DNA of 64,000 nucleotides from assembly GCA_013239625.1 (NCBI GenBank), contig MU054323.1, positions 17,240,029-17,304,028 on the forward strand. Direction: 5' to 3'. The notes under the pieces were generated by a model. The model was given only the letters and a program-made list of their open reading frames with translations, searched no databases and was not told the DNA's origin. This stretch comes from Lama guanicoe (lineage: Eukaryota). This document shows positions 39,261 to 52,575 of this stretch, one piece after another (position 1 is the stretch's first letter; each line of letters opens with the position of its first letter). The translations under genes were made by a program, and so were the position numbers.

Positions 39261-41579
39261 CTAATAGATTTCTAAGCTAGAAAAATCAAGACTTTTTTAT
39301 AATCTAGAGCAAACTACTGGTTATAGTGGTGTATTTTTGTTTTCTGATATTTTATTTAGATTATTTGTATATTTATTTAGGCCATCCTAGAGTAGATTGG
39401 GTATTGGAACTCATAGAATGGATCTAGTGATTTACATATATCTTATTTTCTGGTATGGATTAAGTAACAGAGTCATGGTTATCGATAGAAACTTCCTGTG
39501 ATATTATCCTGAGTTATTTCTTATTTAGGGGGTAGATATTCGATATCCCCCTAACAATATTAACTGTTGCAACTGACTTTACAGTTTTTAAAGCAAAGTT
39601 CATAGATTTATGTTTTCCTTTCAAAAATTATTGCCAATAAAATACACATAGAATTTTAAAAATAACATTTCAAAGCCTCTGAATCAGAAGTTACACCCTA
39701 TTTTTTGTCCTACTTTGCATTCTTTTTTTTTCTCTCAATCTCCCTCTCTCTCATTAGACTTGCCAAAACTTTTCTCATTTTACCACCCCATTCAATCTGT
39801 TTTTTCAAGTAGCTATCAGACCCCACATAGGAACTGATGCATTTTTAATGACAGTAAAAGTGGCCTTTTATACTACAGTGTTTCAGAATCCTGTGGCATG
39901 AAGTGGTTTATTTAAAGATAGAAGATAGAAGAAAGAATAATGGTCTCATTTGGAGCTACTTCCTTACTTGTTCAGAGCTAGTTTCCTTCTGTATAAAATG
40001 GATGGTAACGTGCCCTGTCTATAACGTGCTACAATGATCAAGTGAGATAATGGATGTAAGAATGCTTTGGAAACTATGACACAGGTACAAAAACAAGGTC
40101 ATGAAATCCATCATTTCATGAAATATATGTTGCTTTTAGGCTGTGTAGAAAAAAACAAATAACCCCTTTAATAATTTTTTTCAAAGCACTTTTCTACATA
40201 ACAAAGATCATATAGACTTTACTCCCTGAAAACATTTTCAGGATTTGTCCTGATGAATTACTTTAGTTTCAGGGGAAAATATTTCATCACCCTACCCCCA
40301 ACATAAAAAGTTCTCATTCTGCTAAATTAGAAATGTGCACTAAAGACCCATTCAATAAAGGACACTGAAGTGGAAATTAACTCCAGTCTGCTTCCAATTA
40401 ATTTCAATTCCCCAAAGTGCCAAACTTTCCTTTTCTGTCACAGCAGTAATTGGAAAGTAATAGAGTAATAGACAATCCTGAGTTTTTGTGGTCTTATGCC
40501 TGCATTTGTGTGGGGGGGTATACATTCTAGGTCAGTATGGGGGAGGGTGAGGAGATTTTTTTCGTATTCTTTAGGTTTCTATTAACTTTATTAATAGTAT
40601 TAATTTTATTATTTGAATTAATTTCACAAAAGTCTGGCTACAACTTTTTAGGTTAATGTTTCAACATTCTTATTTCTCTATTGTAATAACTTTAGAACCT
40701 TTGTTTTTAAGCAGCAGAAACCCATTTTAAAAGGAAATTCTTCCCCAAAAGCTATAGTCTGAATCAGACAAGAACAGAGAGACTCTGGTTGAAGGGGTTG
40801 GGAAGGGGGGCCCAGAACCTCACCAGCTTGGTGACTTTCTCTCTGTTCCCAAGACAGGCTCAAAAAAAACGTGAGGGCTTCCAAGTACAGACTAAAAGCC
40901 ATTGCTCTATATAATCATCAGGCATGGTTCAGAGACAAACAGGCTTTTTCTAAAAATTTACTAGTATTTTCTCAAGGGTCTGCCAAGGCCCAGAAGGATG
41001 TTTTTAGAGGCTATTATTGCTATTGTAGAGATGGAAAGAAAGGAGGAAGGCTGGCAAAGAGTAGAAGCATGTTAACTTGGTGAGAAGAATGTGGCAGCAT
41101 CTGATTTATTCAAGGGGAGGCAGTGATTCAAGTACTATTAAGGGCAGAGTAAGAATTACTGGGCTCAGAGAGTGAGAGATTCCCATACAAAATGAAGTGG
41201 ACCTCAAGTGAGATCTCAAAGGGAATTTCATAATGTAGTATAGCTCTTTCCAGAAAAAGTCTTACTACTTTTCCATGCAATCCTTTGTTATTCTTCCTTT
41301 TAAGAGGCACCTTTCAATATATATTACTCATTTATAAGATCATACTCTTCAAACTAGTAATTCTCTTCTGGAAACCTAGCCTAAGGGAAAAAATGTCTTA
41401 AATGGAGGAAAAGCTATATTCTTTTTTATATTCCTTTATTAGAAGGAAAACCAGAACATGATCCTAATATTCAATGACTGGAGGATGCAAAGAAAACAAT
41501 GACACAATTCCTCAAACAACTATTTTTCAGTAATGAACTATACTGATTGTGAAATATATGGAGAAGTCCAGGAGTGAAT

Positions 41580-41820
41580 CCACCTGCTCTGAAATCACAG
41601 AGCCCTAAGTTCCAATCCTGACTCCCTCTGCCATTTCTTATCTGTGATCCTGGGCACGTTATTACCTCATTTCCCCAAGCCCCAGTATTCTCATCTGTAA
41701 AATGAGGATAATGATCCATGCTAAACAGGATCAGTATGAGTATTCAATTAGATGTGACAATACAAATAAAATATGAAACATAATGCTTGGCACATAGCAG
41801 CTGTTCAATAAACATTCATT
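41580..41820 (+). mobile_element. MIR SINE
   Basis: tgtgatcctgggcacgtt...ctcatctgtaaaatgaggataat...cttggcacatag. Confidence 0.7.
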
Positions 41821-42447
41821 CTCTCTCCACCGTTCCTTTTATAGCACATGGGAAGATATTTATTCTCTATCAACAGATTTGTGGACAAACTTAAGGAAAT
41901 AAACAATTTCCTAGGAAAATATAAATTATAAAATTAAGTTAAAAAGTTGGATAGACAAATTACCTTTGAAGAAACTGAATAGGATTTAAAGACCTGTCTA
42001 TATTTTTAAAAAGGCACCAAGACCAAATGTTTTCATAGCTATGCGCTATTATCTTTTAGTGAACAGCCAATCCCAATTTATTGAAAATTTTCTAGATTAT
42101 AGAAGATAAAAAAACTCTCTAATTCACCTTAAGAAGCTAGGATAAACTTAATGCCCCCCCAATAGAATAAAAAAAAGCAAAACCCAATAAATCCTCTACA
42201 GATCGAAACCACTCATGAATATATAGATGCCAAAATATCTAAATAGTAACAAATAGTATCTGGCAGAGTACCAAAAAAAACTAAGCCCTATGACTAAGCA
42301 AATATTCCAGGAATGTAAGGATGATTCAATATCAGGGAATCAGTATAATTCATTATAATAATAAGTCAAAGGAAAAAAAGGCAATTCTATCAATAGCTGC
42401 TAAAAGGACTGATATAATACAGTAGCCATTCCTAATAAGAAATTTTA

Positions 42448-42597
42448 TGGGGGATGGTATAGCTGAGTGGTAGAGCATGTACCTAGCATGCACAGGGTCC
42501 TGGGTTCAATTCCCAGTATCTCCATCAAAATAAACAAATACTTAATTACCTCCTCCAAAACAAAAAAGAAACAAAAGAAAATTAAAAAAAATTTTTT
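42448..42597 (+). mobile_element. tRNA-derived SINE
   Basis: ggggatggtatagctgagtggtagagc (A box)...gggttcaattccc (B box), then an A-rich tail. Confidence 0.88.
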
Positions 42598-42628
42598 AAA
42601 GAATTTTACTAAAATAAGACTAAAGAGA

Positions 42629-43190
42629 CACCTGCACCCCAGTGTTCATAGCAGCACTATTTACAATAGCCAAGACATGGAAACAGCCTAAATGTCCATC
42701 AACAGATGACTAGATACAGAAGATGTGATATATTTATACAATGGAATACTATTCAGCCATAAAAACTGACAACATAATGCCATTTGCAGCAACATGGATA
42801 TCCCGGGATAATGTCATTCTAAGTGAAGTAAGCAAGAAAGAGAAAGAAAAATACCATATGAAATCGCTCATATGTGGAATCTAAAACAAAAACATAAATA
42901 CAAAACAGAAACAGATTCATAGACATAGAATACAAACTTGTGGTTGCCAAGGGGGTAGGGGGTGGGAAGGGACAGACTGGGATTTTAAAATGTAGAATAG
43001 ATAAACAAGATTATACTATATAGCACAGGGAAATATATACAAGATCTTGTGGTAGTTCACAGAGAAAAAAATGTGACAATAAATATACGTATGTTCACGT
43101 ATAACTGAAAAATTGTGTTCTACACTGGAATTTGACACTGTAAAATGACTATAACTCAATAAAAAATGTTTAAAAATAAGATAAAATAAA
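42629..43190 (+). mobile_element. Young 5'-truncated L1 with TSD
   Basis: Well-preserved ORF2 end and 3' UTR; TSD aagactaaagaga (42616-42628) / aagattaaagaga (43191-43203). Confidence 0.88.
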
Positions 43191-46100
43191 AAGATTAAAG
43201 AGAAATTACTTAAGCGTGATACCTGTTATTTACCAAAGGTAGAAAATGTGATTCTAAATGACTTTAAAGCCATTTATATTAAAACCAGAAGGTAGATAGT
43301 GATATTCACTGTCACCATTATTAGTAAACATTATTCTAGAATTTCTAACAAATACAATAAAATATAATGAAATAACCAGTATAAAACTTGAAAATGAGGA
43401 TTAAAAATTACCTAGAAATACTTATTTTTAAAATCTTCCATAATTAATAAAGGAATTTAGCAAGGTGGCAGAGTACAAAATAAATATCCAAAAGAAAAAA
43501 AAAGAGAATAAAAAACCACTTGAGACATGGAAATGGAAAAAAATGCCATTCACAATAGCAATAAAAACTATAAAATCCTTAAGAATAAATTTCACAGGAA
43601 AAGAACAGGAACTTTAAGAGAAAACTATAAAATCTGATTGAAAAACCTAAAACAAGGGATTCAGACAAATGAGATGAACTATATTGTTCTTGGATGACAA
43701 GATTCAGTGTAAGAAAAATGCCAATTTTCCTATATTAATATATAAATCTGTGTAATTTCAATGAAAATTTCAGTATTTTTTGGTAATGGATAAAATAATC
43801 ATGGAGTACATTTATTTATATGGAAAAGTAAGTGTTAGGAAAAGCAAATTATAAAAAAGTGTAATAGCTGATTTGCCTCACCAAATATTTTTAAAACACT
43901 GAAGAACTGTATAATTTGTGATTTCGGCATAGGAATAGAGAGAGAGATCAGAATGGAATAAGAGTCCATAGTAGATCCTGGTGTACAAGGGAATTTAATA
44001 CATCATAAAAATGATATTTCAGTTCCATGAAGGAAAAGGATGACTTACATAATAACTAGTGTAGCTACAAGTGGCTATCTGGAAAATAAGGAAATTGAAC
44101 ACTCCCTTGCTACATACATAAAAACAAAATCCAGATGCATTAAATACTTAACAATAATAAAAAACCTTAGAAGAAAATTTAGGAAAAAATATATATACAA
44201 ACTTTTGGGCTAAGGAGAGCTTTTAAGCCAACTCAAGAAACCTAGAAGCAATTTAGGAAAAGTTATTTAACTTCATAAATTAAAAAATGTCTCAATAGCA
44301 GAAGTGACCACAAAGTTAAAAGACAAAAAGATAGATGGGAAAAGATAGATGTCATAATTCATAGGACAGATAAAGATTTAACCTATATTATATAAAAGCC
44401 CTTATTCATTGATAAGAAATAGGCAGATGACCCTATAGAAAAATATGCAAAGCAAAAGAATAGATGGTCACAGAAGAGCAAATCTCAAGGTCCAGTAAGT
44501 ATATGTAGATATGTTCAATAGCAGTAGAAATTAGCCAAAGTAACCATGAAATATCCTCTTCACCTATCTGACTGGCAAGAACCAAAAAGTGTTAACATCC
44601 ACTATTGGCTAGGATGCAGGAGAAAAGATACTCATGCAGTATTCCGGGAGGAAAAGAGAATAAATACAGTCTTTCTGGAAAGCAGCTTAGTCATATCTAT
44701 TAAAGCCCCACATACATAAAAGCACCAGTATGTGTGGCTCTATATACCAGGATGTTTGTTGTAGCATTGTTTGTAGTGACAAAATAATGGAAATAAAGGG
44801 AATGCCCATTAGTACAGGAATGATAAACACGGGTCATTCCTACCATGGATATTATGCAGCCATTAAAAATAACTTTAGATTGATATCAATTAACTTGGAA
44901 AGACTGCCATGATGGATTAACTGAGAGAGAGGATGCAGAGAGATATAGTATGACCCTACAACAACAGCCCCATCCCATATATGTACATTCTGTATATACG
45001 TTCAGATATGATCCTATGAGGATGGGGAAAGGAACGGAAGAATACCAGCAGACGGTTAACACTGGTTGGGACTAGGGAGGAACTCTCTGCACAGATGGCC
45101 ACAATAAAAACAACATGGATAATAATGATCCAATTTGTAAAACAAAGTAAAATGTGTATGCTATAACATAGGTGAAAAAGGAGATAAAAATGACAGGTAG
45201 GCTCCATTAACAATCATGTAAAACATTCAAGAGAAAAATGATTACCTGGTAATACAATCAAATGATCGCGATGGCTAAGTAGAGGCATTATAGTTGCTTT
45301 ATTCCCTCTACATTTTCTAAATGTTTTGAAATGTAGCTTGGTTGTTTTTGCAATTAAATTTAAAAAAATAAAATTTCTCATTTATTTTTCAGCAATCACA
45401 TACCTCTTATTACTGCTTGAAATCAGTTACCATTTGTACATATGTGAGCTTGATGATGTCCTAGCTCTGAAAATGCACAAATTTACATTTTATCTATGAT
45501 TGATAAAGAGTTTTTTTGGTTTGTTTTTAATTAGTTGTAGATTAGATAATTAAATCGTCTGGAATTAATTATCCATAAAAATATGGCTTTATGTATTTCA
45601 AGATTTTTTTTTCCCCAAAAAAGGTAACAGAAATCACCTCTAACAATTATTTTCAAAGCTGTGTGGCTTTGAGCAGGTCACTTTTCTTCCTCTCTCCAGG
45701 CCTCAGTTGCTTCTCCTATAAATGAAGAAATTGGATGAAATAATTTTCTCAGTGCCTTTTGGCTGTCACATTTTGTAATTTAATTATACTCATTATGGAA
45801 TGCACTAAATATTAAATAAATGGTCAATTGCTAAGGAGAAGAAACTTTTCACCTTAGCAATGCTTATATCAGCTAGGAAAGAGATTCAGACAGCTAGGGA
45901 AGATGCCTTATCTTGACAAAGCTTTCATGCTCACATGAAAAGTGTACAAATGTACAAGATTCCAAATAGCAGGTGGCCTTCACTTCAGGTCTTTCTTTAT
46001 TTTATATCCTTCATTTATAACTGCGTAGCTATTGACCAATGCTTTTTCATCTATATGCACCCTCCAGACTCTGGCAATTTTATCATTTTTCCTTTACAAA

Positions 46101-46440
46101 CCTCAATATGTGAATGAAACGTCAATCCTATTTTGAGGTATAAATTCATAGGATAAAATGCACATTGTCAAAAATACACATTTTGATAAGTTTTGACAAA
46201 TTTATGCACCAGTATAACCACTAACCACAATTAAGCAACAAAACATTTTTATCACCCTAAAAAGTTCCCTGTGCCTTTTCCCAGTTAACTCTCACCTCCT
46301 GCCCTAGGCAACTACTGATCTGCATTTTGTCATTATGGAGCAGATATGTCTTTTCTAGAGCAACGAACAAAGTTTTAACTTGTGTTTTCTCAGTCTTGGA
46401 TAGTGTTAATAATATTTTGACTGTTTTAATCAGGTTTCTT

Positions 46441-46587
46441 TTTTTTATTTTTTGGGGGGGAGGTAGTTCAGTTTATTTATTTTATTTATGTGTTTATTTA
46501 TTTTTAAATGGAGGTACTGGGGATTGAACCCAGGACCTTGTGCACACTAGGCACATGCTCTATCACTGAGATATACCCTCCCCCTTC
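46441..46587 (-). mobile_element. tRNA-derived SINE with perfect 13-bp TSD
   Basis: TSD aatcaggtttctt at 46428-46440 and 46588-46600. Confidence 0.9.
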
Positions 46588-46589
46588 AA

Positions 46590-47130
46590 TCAGGTTTCTT
46601 AATTGCAAAGTAACAGAAAACAATTCTGTCTGATTTAAGCAGCAAAGAAATTTGTTAAAAGGTTATGGGCCGCTCATAGAATTGCTGGGAGCCCAGGGAA
46701 CCGAGTTTGGGATTATGCAGACAGCAGCAGTGCCCCCAGTCATACAGTACAGCTGTTCTGGTAAGGAAAGCACCACTCGCAGCAGCTTGAGTTACCCACA
46801 CTGTCTGTACCAGATCGTGGTCATTATCACTACCCTCACTGCTGCTGCTGCCTTAGGAATTCTTTTTGTTTCTAAGAAAGGAGAAAGTATTTAAGTATAT
46901 CTGCCTTAGGAAATCCTCCTGCAGCTGCCAGTGTCAGTTGGGGTGGGTGTATCAGAGAAGCATCATGTGTCCATCATACCTTAGCTGCAAGGGAGGCTAG
47001 GAGAACCTGGCACTTTCAGCCTCTGTAAGGAGAGGCCTCTGATCAAGCTGCATAAGGTTGGGAAGTTTCCCTATTACTGGAAAGGTTTACAATTCTAGAT
47101 GGCTAAAAAGAGGGCCAATGTCCACAATAC
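46590..47130. mobile_element. MLT-type MaLR LTR remnant
   Basis: ttgcaaagtaacagaaaac...tgatttaagcagcaaag...ccttagctgcaagggaggctagga. Confidence 0.55.
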
Positions 47131-47574
47131 TGATTATTTTTGATTATTAGATTGCATTCTGAACTGGCAGTTTCAAGTCTAACAGTCACAACAGCCTGGC
47201 CACATTTAACAAGCATCTCCTGGTGTAAAGGGGTCTACCAGATGCTAAAAGTGGGGACAAGGCCTCAAGGAATTTACTATTTAATGAAATAGAAACAGAT
47301 ATATTAGCCTTCATACTTACTCAAGTTAATTTCCCTGAACTATACCCTGCTATTAAATCAATGGGTTTAAATTAATTGATTTGATTCCCAAAAGAATATA
47401 GCATATTAAAATCTACCATAATGTTAAGTAATGAATTTCATACTTACTGACAAAATATTTACCTTTGAGTTTAAAGCTAAATACTCAACTTAATATTTTC
47501 ACTCTTCTGAAATTGTACATACTACATGTTGCCACAAATGTCTGTGTTCATTTCAGTTTTTTAAAGTTAACACA

Positions 47575-47668
47575 TAATAGATAAACAACAAAGACTTACT
47601 ATATAGCTAAGGGAACTATATTCAATATCCTGTAACAACCTATAATGGAAAAGAATCTGAAAAAGAAT

Positions 47669-47702
<34 letters not shown>

Positions 47703-47773
47703 ATAACTGAACCACTTTGCTGTACGCTGAAACTAACATAACATTGTAAATCAAATACACTTCAATTAAAAAA
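47575..47773 (+). mobile_element. L1 3' end containing a (TA)n tract
   Basis: tagataaacaacaaagacttactatatagc...acattgtaaatcaaatacacttcaattaaaaa. Confidence 0.8.
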
Positions 47774-48162
47774 CTTTTAGCTCTTAGAATGCCAAAATTT
47801 GAGTTAGCATTCATCAGTTATCAAGTATCAAAGGAAACAAGGCAACATGAATAGTTGGCAGAAACAAATATAACATTGATCTAGACACCCAAGAACTTAA
47901 GACATTGAATTATCAGGTACAGGATACAAAAATGTATGAAATGGTTAAAGAAATAAAACACAAAACAATAAAACAACAGTCAAGTAAAAAAATAATAATA
48001 ACGCTAACACAAAAAATAAGTCCAGTCACTTCACCTGTTCCACCTGCTGTCTCTTACTCTTCATTTCAATGGACAGGTCCGGGGAAGAGAGGATGGCCTG
48101 ATCCAGGAACAGTGAAGATGCAATGTTGAAGAATAAGCTGGAGGAGAGAAGAAACAGGCACC

Positions 48163-48187
48163 ATGGAAAAAACCAAAACAAAGCAAG
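48163..48187 (+). CDS. ARHGEF33: ARHGEF33 first coding exon (exon 48077-48187): MEKTKTKQ(G)
   Basis: Acceptor ggacag|GTCC, Kozak gcaccATGg, donor AAG|gttaga. Confidence 0.88.
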
Positions 48188-49726
48188 GTTAGATTTCTCC
48201 TGTATCTTGCTTTAAGGCTCAGAATTTAAGAAATGCAGGTTACAGGCTTGTCTTGCTGTTGTTTCAAAACAAGATAATAGTTAACTTGACTAGTCTCATT
48301 TCCTCATCATAACAGAATGACCAGAAAGAGCAGAGACTTGGTGCTGAAGAAACAGGAAATGCTACATGTGTGTAATTTGGTCCGAGTAGTTATCTTAATT
48401 TTCTTAGCAGCAACTTTAGGACTGCTTCAGACCAACCTGCTGAATAAGGCCAAAATACATGTTCGACTAAGACATCCAACACTTTCTTGGCTGGCCTAGA
48501 AACACAAGGGCTTTCTCTTTTAATCTTTACCATACAGAATCAACCATACAAAAGTAGGTTCTGTGATCATCTCCAAATGACAGGTGAGGAAACAGTCATA
48601 GAGATGTCGGGTGATACTCACAAAGTGTCAGTGTTTGATCTGGGAGCCAGCCTCTGTTCCCAAGTTCTTGTTCTTGCCATTAAATGGGCAAAGTAGTCTT
48701 CACTCAAGCTTGTGTGGGAATTTTGACAATCTCAAAGTATCTGGATTTTACAGGGACAGCCTTCAGTGTATGAGTTCTGGGCTGAGGTTATGCATTATTT
48801 ATGAATGTAACATACTGAGGCTTGTTCCTCTAAGGAAGGGTCTCCTGTACCTGCATTTCTTAGGAGAACAATATACACACCCATACAACTAAATGTTTGC
48901 AACCGGGGGTTTTGTCTATAAACTGCCTGATTCATACATGTGACACAAGGAGATGTAGCAGAATCGATAAGCACAGGCTGCCCGTGGGCTTCACATTTTA
49001 CATGGTTGCTTCCTCTCCAGGGCCAGTGTGATTCTGAATGGTACATTCTAGGCCAACCTTTCTTCCTCCTTAGGTGTAAATGGTTTCTATAACTTATTAC
49101 ATCCTTTGTGTTTGGCATGTGTTTCACAGTCTCTAATGTTGACAATTCTGTTTTCTTCCTGCTTGAATCCTTTCCAGACCTTTGCTTGACAATTCCCTCT
49201 ATCAACCCTCTTGCCAGGAGGACAGCAAGATTCCCTTAGCTGATCTGGACAGTGACAGGAGGGCAGAGGTCAGAAGTTTAGCAAGGATGAGAGGCAGGAG
49301 AAGGAAGGGATATTTTACACAGGCCTCCTGAGAACAACAGAGCGACAGCTGGATAACTTCCTTCCTGCCTGTGGAACTGTCCCCTCAGTAAACATCAGTC
49401 AGCCCCAAGAATAAGGCAGAGACTTTCATGGGCACTCCCTTCTGGCTAACTAATGATTGTTCATCATTCAGTTCGGGAAACTTCCCCACCATGGTAGAAC
49501 GTGGTTTTCTACTACAAGAGTTGTATCAGGTGGATAGGGTTTGGTCACTGAGATGTAATATACAATCACCTACGTCCATTTATCTTCTGTTCCTGTCGAA
49601 TCATTGGTTTCCTGTCAGGCAGGCACAGATTTAGGATCTTGTAAGTCCCCTTATTCCCTGCATGTGTCTGAAGAACATAGGGACAGAACGAGCTGCTTGA
49701 TTAACCGAAGCTCTTTCTCCCTACAG

Positions 49727-49776
49727 GAGAGAATGAACACAAGCCAATGAATAATCCTTCCACACAGATTTACCAG
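49727..49776 (+). CDS. ARHGEF33: ARHGEF33 coding exon, 50 nt: (G)ENEHKPMNNPSTQIYQ
   Basis: Acceptor ctctttctccctacag|, donor CAG|gtaaag; phase 1 to 0. Confidence 0.9.
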
Positions 49777-51939
49777 GTAAAGACATAGATTGTTTCCAGC
49801 TCTCCTATGTGTAACACTGATGGCTGTCCTTTATGTATAAATTTTTTTTTAGCACTCAAAAAAGCTCCCACATATATCATTGTATTTGTTCACTTAAGAC
49901 TGTGAGATAGGCAGAAGGTTGAGAGCACCATTCACGTTGTACTTTGGAGAGAATTGATTACTGAAGGTCAACTTATCCAGTCTATAAAATACAGCACCAC
50001 CCCTCCCACATCAGCTCTGCTCTTCTTGACTGCTGCCACCATCACTGTGGCCATTACACTGTGCAGTAACATTTCCATCAGAGAGAAGGAGAGAGAGCAA
50101 GTTCTATTTTTCCTAGTTTCTTATTTTAGCAGGGAGAACTGAGAATAGAAGGGGGTTAACAAGGCAAATGTTCAAATACGATGTTAGAAAAACACTTAAG
50201 CTCCTTTTAAAGAATGAGAATAATGTAATTTACAAGGGAGATAAACGTTCTCCAAAACAGTATATAAAATGTTTGCAGTGAGAGTCACATTGGGCTGCTT
50301 TGACTCTCTTGATAATATTTCTTTGACTTCTATCTTCCAACTGTAATTTGAAGTAAATTTCTGTCCTTAAAAATCATAGAGTTTATTCTGACATAATTTG
50401 TAACGTAAAAGCAGCTCGGGTTAAGGAAATCCATGCTTCTCTCAACGGTAAAGGCACTGTTATCCGGAATGCATGAGAAGGAAAAAAGAATTGACAGGGT
50501 TTGGTGGGGGTTGGGAGAAAAGGTGATTTTTAAGTTTACTTTAAGGTTTTAAGCCCTGGTAACTAGGAAAAAGAGTGGTCTCCTGGATAGAGATGTAGGA
50601 ATCCAGAAGAACAGATAGTTTGGAGGAAATGTAATTTAGACTTATTGAGTTTAAGTAACAGTAAAGTGAAAATAACTAGCTTCCAGAAATACTACACAAG
50701 AGAGCACTGCTGTGGACCCACTTAGGGCAAGCCAGCACAGGATTATAAAAACATTTTAATTAGGTTGCTCCTAAACCCAGACCAGCAATGAGAGGGCGTA
50801 AGGGAAACAGCTTTGTTTCAGCTTAATGCATATTTATTGAGTAATTACTATGTGCAGAGTCTATTGCTTGGCCTAATGGGAGATGAAACAGATGAAACAG
50901 ACATCCTCACTGATTTCTAAGTGTCCTGGAAAACACATACAATAAATATCTCATACAAGGTAGGCTGTTACAAGAATTACAGCAGAAGCATTGACAAAAT
51001 TTTGTGGGATACAGACAAGGAGTGAATTAATACTGACTGAAGGGTTTGAACCAGGCATTTAAGGACAAGTTGATCATTTGGTAAGTGGATCTGGGGAAAG
51101 GTATTTCAGGCAGAGGGACTAGCTTGAACAAAGGCCTGGAAACTGGAGTGAGTCTTCATTCAGTGCTGATTTGACGCCTCATGCGTCCAAGACCTCCAAG
51201 GTGTGTTCCTCACCCACCTCCCCATCTGTTAATGTCTGGTCTGTGTATGGCATTTGAATGAATGTGACTATCTCTTTAAACTCAGGTATGATTTAAAGCC
51301 TGTTATAGATTTTATGTAGGTCACTCCCTGAATGTTGGCTAAACATAGCTGCAGGGGGTGGCCTCATTCTCTTACTGTATCACAAATCCAAGTACATCTG
51401 TTCACAGAGGAACAAGTGAAGCAGTGGAAGTGAAGTTGGTCTATATGACCTCTGTGTGATGCTGTGATCATAACCCCACCCTTGTATTAAAAGAATGCTT
51501 CCTAAGCCCTAGTCTGTTTACTCCAAGCAACATTTAACCAAAAGAAGATGAAGGAGGAGAAGTAAACAAAGAAGAAGAGGAAGAGGATGGAGGGAAGCAG
51601 GGAGAGGTTAACCATAATAGACACAATCTACACTAAAAAAGGAGAGCAAAAACGAAATTTGAAGCAAAATGTGACATCTCAGCCATTTTCTATCTCCTTA
51701 TTTTATTTTCTCAATAGACCCCCCATCCCTACCTGACATTACAGTAAATATTAACTTATTTATTTTATAATTGTCTATCTCCTTCTCTAGAATGTAAGCT
51801 CCAAGGGCAGGGATTTAGTACATTTTGCTCTCTGTTGTATTCTCAGAATAAAGTATAGTGCTTGGAATATAATACATATTCAATAAATAGTTGAATGAAT
51901 GAATGAATATTGTAAGATGTGTATACTGCTTTGAGCCAA

Positions 51940-52575
51940 GAGGTCTGATGAAGTCATTTAGTCTCTGGTGCCAAATGGTGTTTGGAAAATTGTCTGGTTC
52001 TTTGCAAAAGAAAGGAGAGATCTTCACATTATACTTTAATCAAAATAAACTCAAAAGTGGATTGAATGATTAAATATAAAAAATAAAACCATAAGAGTTC
52101 AGAATTAGTGAATATTTGTCTGTGGATGTTAAACGTCTTTCTAAGTAAAAAAGCACTAATGAAGAAATCACAAAGGAAGGGGTTAGAGGGTTCAACCACA
52201 TCACAATTAAAAACTTTTCCAAAGTAAAAATATTTTCAACAAACTCAAAGACAAATAACAAAACTGGGAAAATTCCTACAAAAATATTACAGAGGTTTAA
52301 TGATAATATAAATAGTTCATAGAAATAAAAAAGAAAAAACTCCTGAAACCCTAGTAGAATATGGGCAAAGAACACAAACAGACAATTTACCAAAGCAAAA
52401 TTACAGATGGCTAATAAATAGAAGAAAAGATTGAAGCTCCAAGAAATAATGATTAAAACAAGGAGTATTATTTTTGACTACCTAATTAGCAAATAATAAA
52501 ATAAATACTAGTATTTAGTTCCAATGAGTGTGTATAAATTGATGGAGTCTTTTATGAAAATTATTAAAGTGCAGG
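51940..52575 (+). mobile_element. Old L1 ORF2 remnant; a further 3' piece lies at about 53340-53960
   Basis: aaatggtgtttggaaaattg...aaaataaactcaaaagtggatt...atgggcaaagaacacaaacagacaattt. Confidence 0.65.

Larger units (their letters stand above)
41860..44950 (+). mobile_element. Highly degraded old L1 (ORF2 to 3' UTR) hosting younger insertions
   Basis: A-rich; recognisable ORF2 remnants (tattccaggaatgtaaggatgattcaatat; gaatttagcaaggtggcag; ccattcacaatagca). Confidence 0.75.

Noticed and set aside
39525..39554. Short hairpin ttaggggg...ccccctaa
   Set aside because: Too short for a pre-miRNA, low-complexity stem, no other support
42448..42520. tRNA-like sequence with A and B boxes
   Set aside because: SINE head: it has an A-rich tail, flanking duplication and four other copies in the window, so it is not a tRNA gene
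48795..49205. 136-aa minus-strand ORF in an ARHGEF33 intron
   Set aside because: Non-ATG start, no domain-like features and no supporting gene structure
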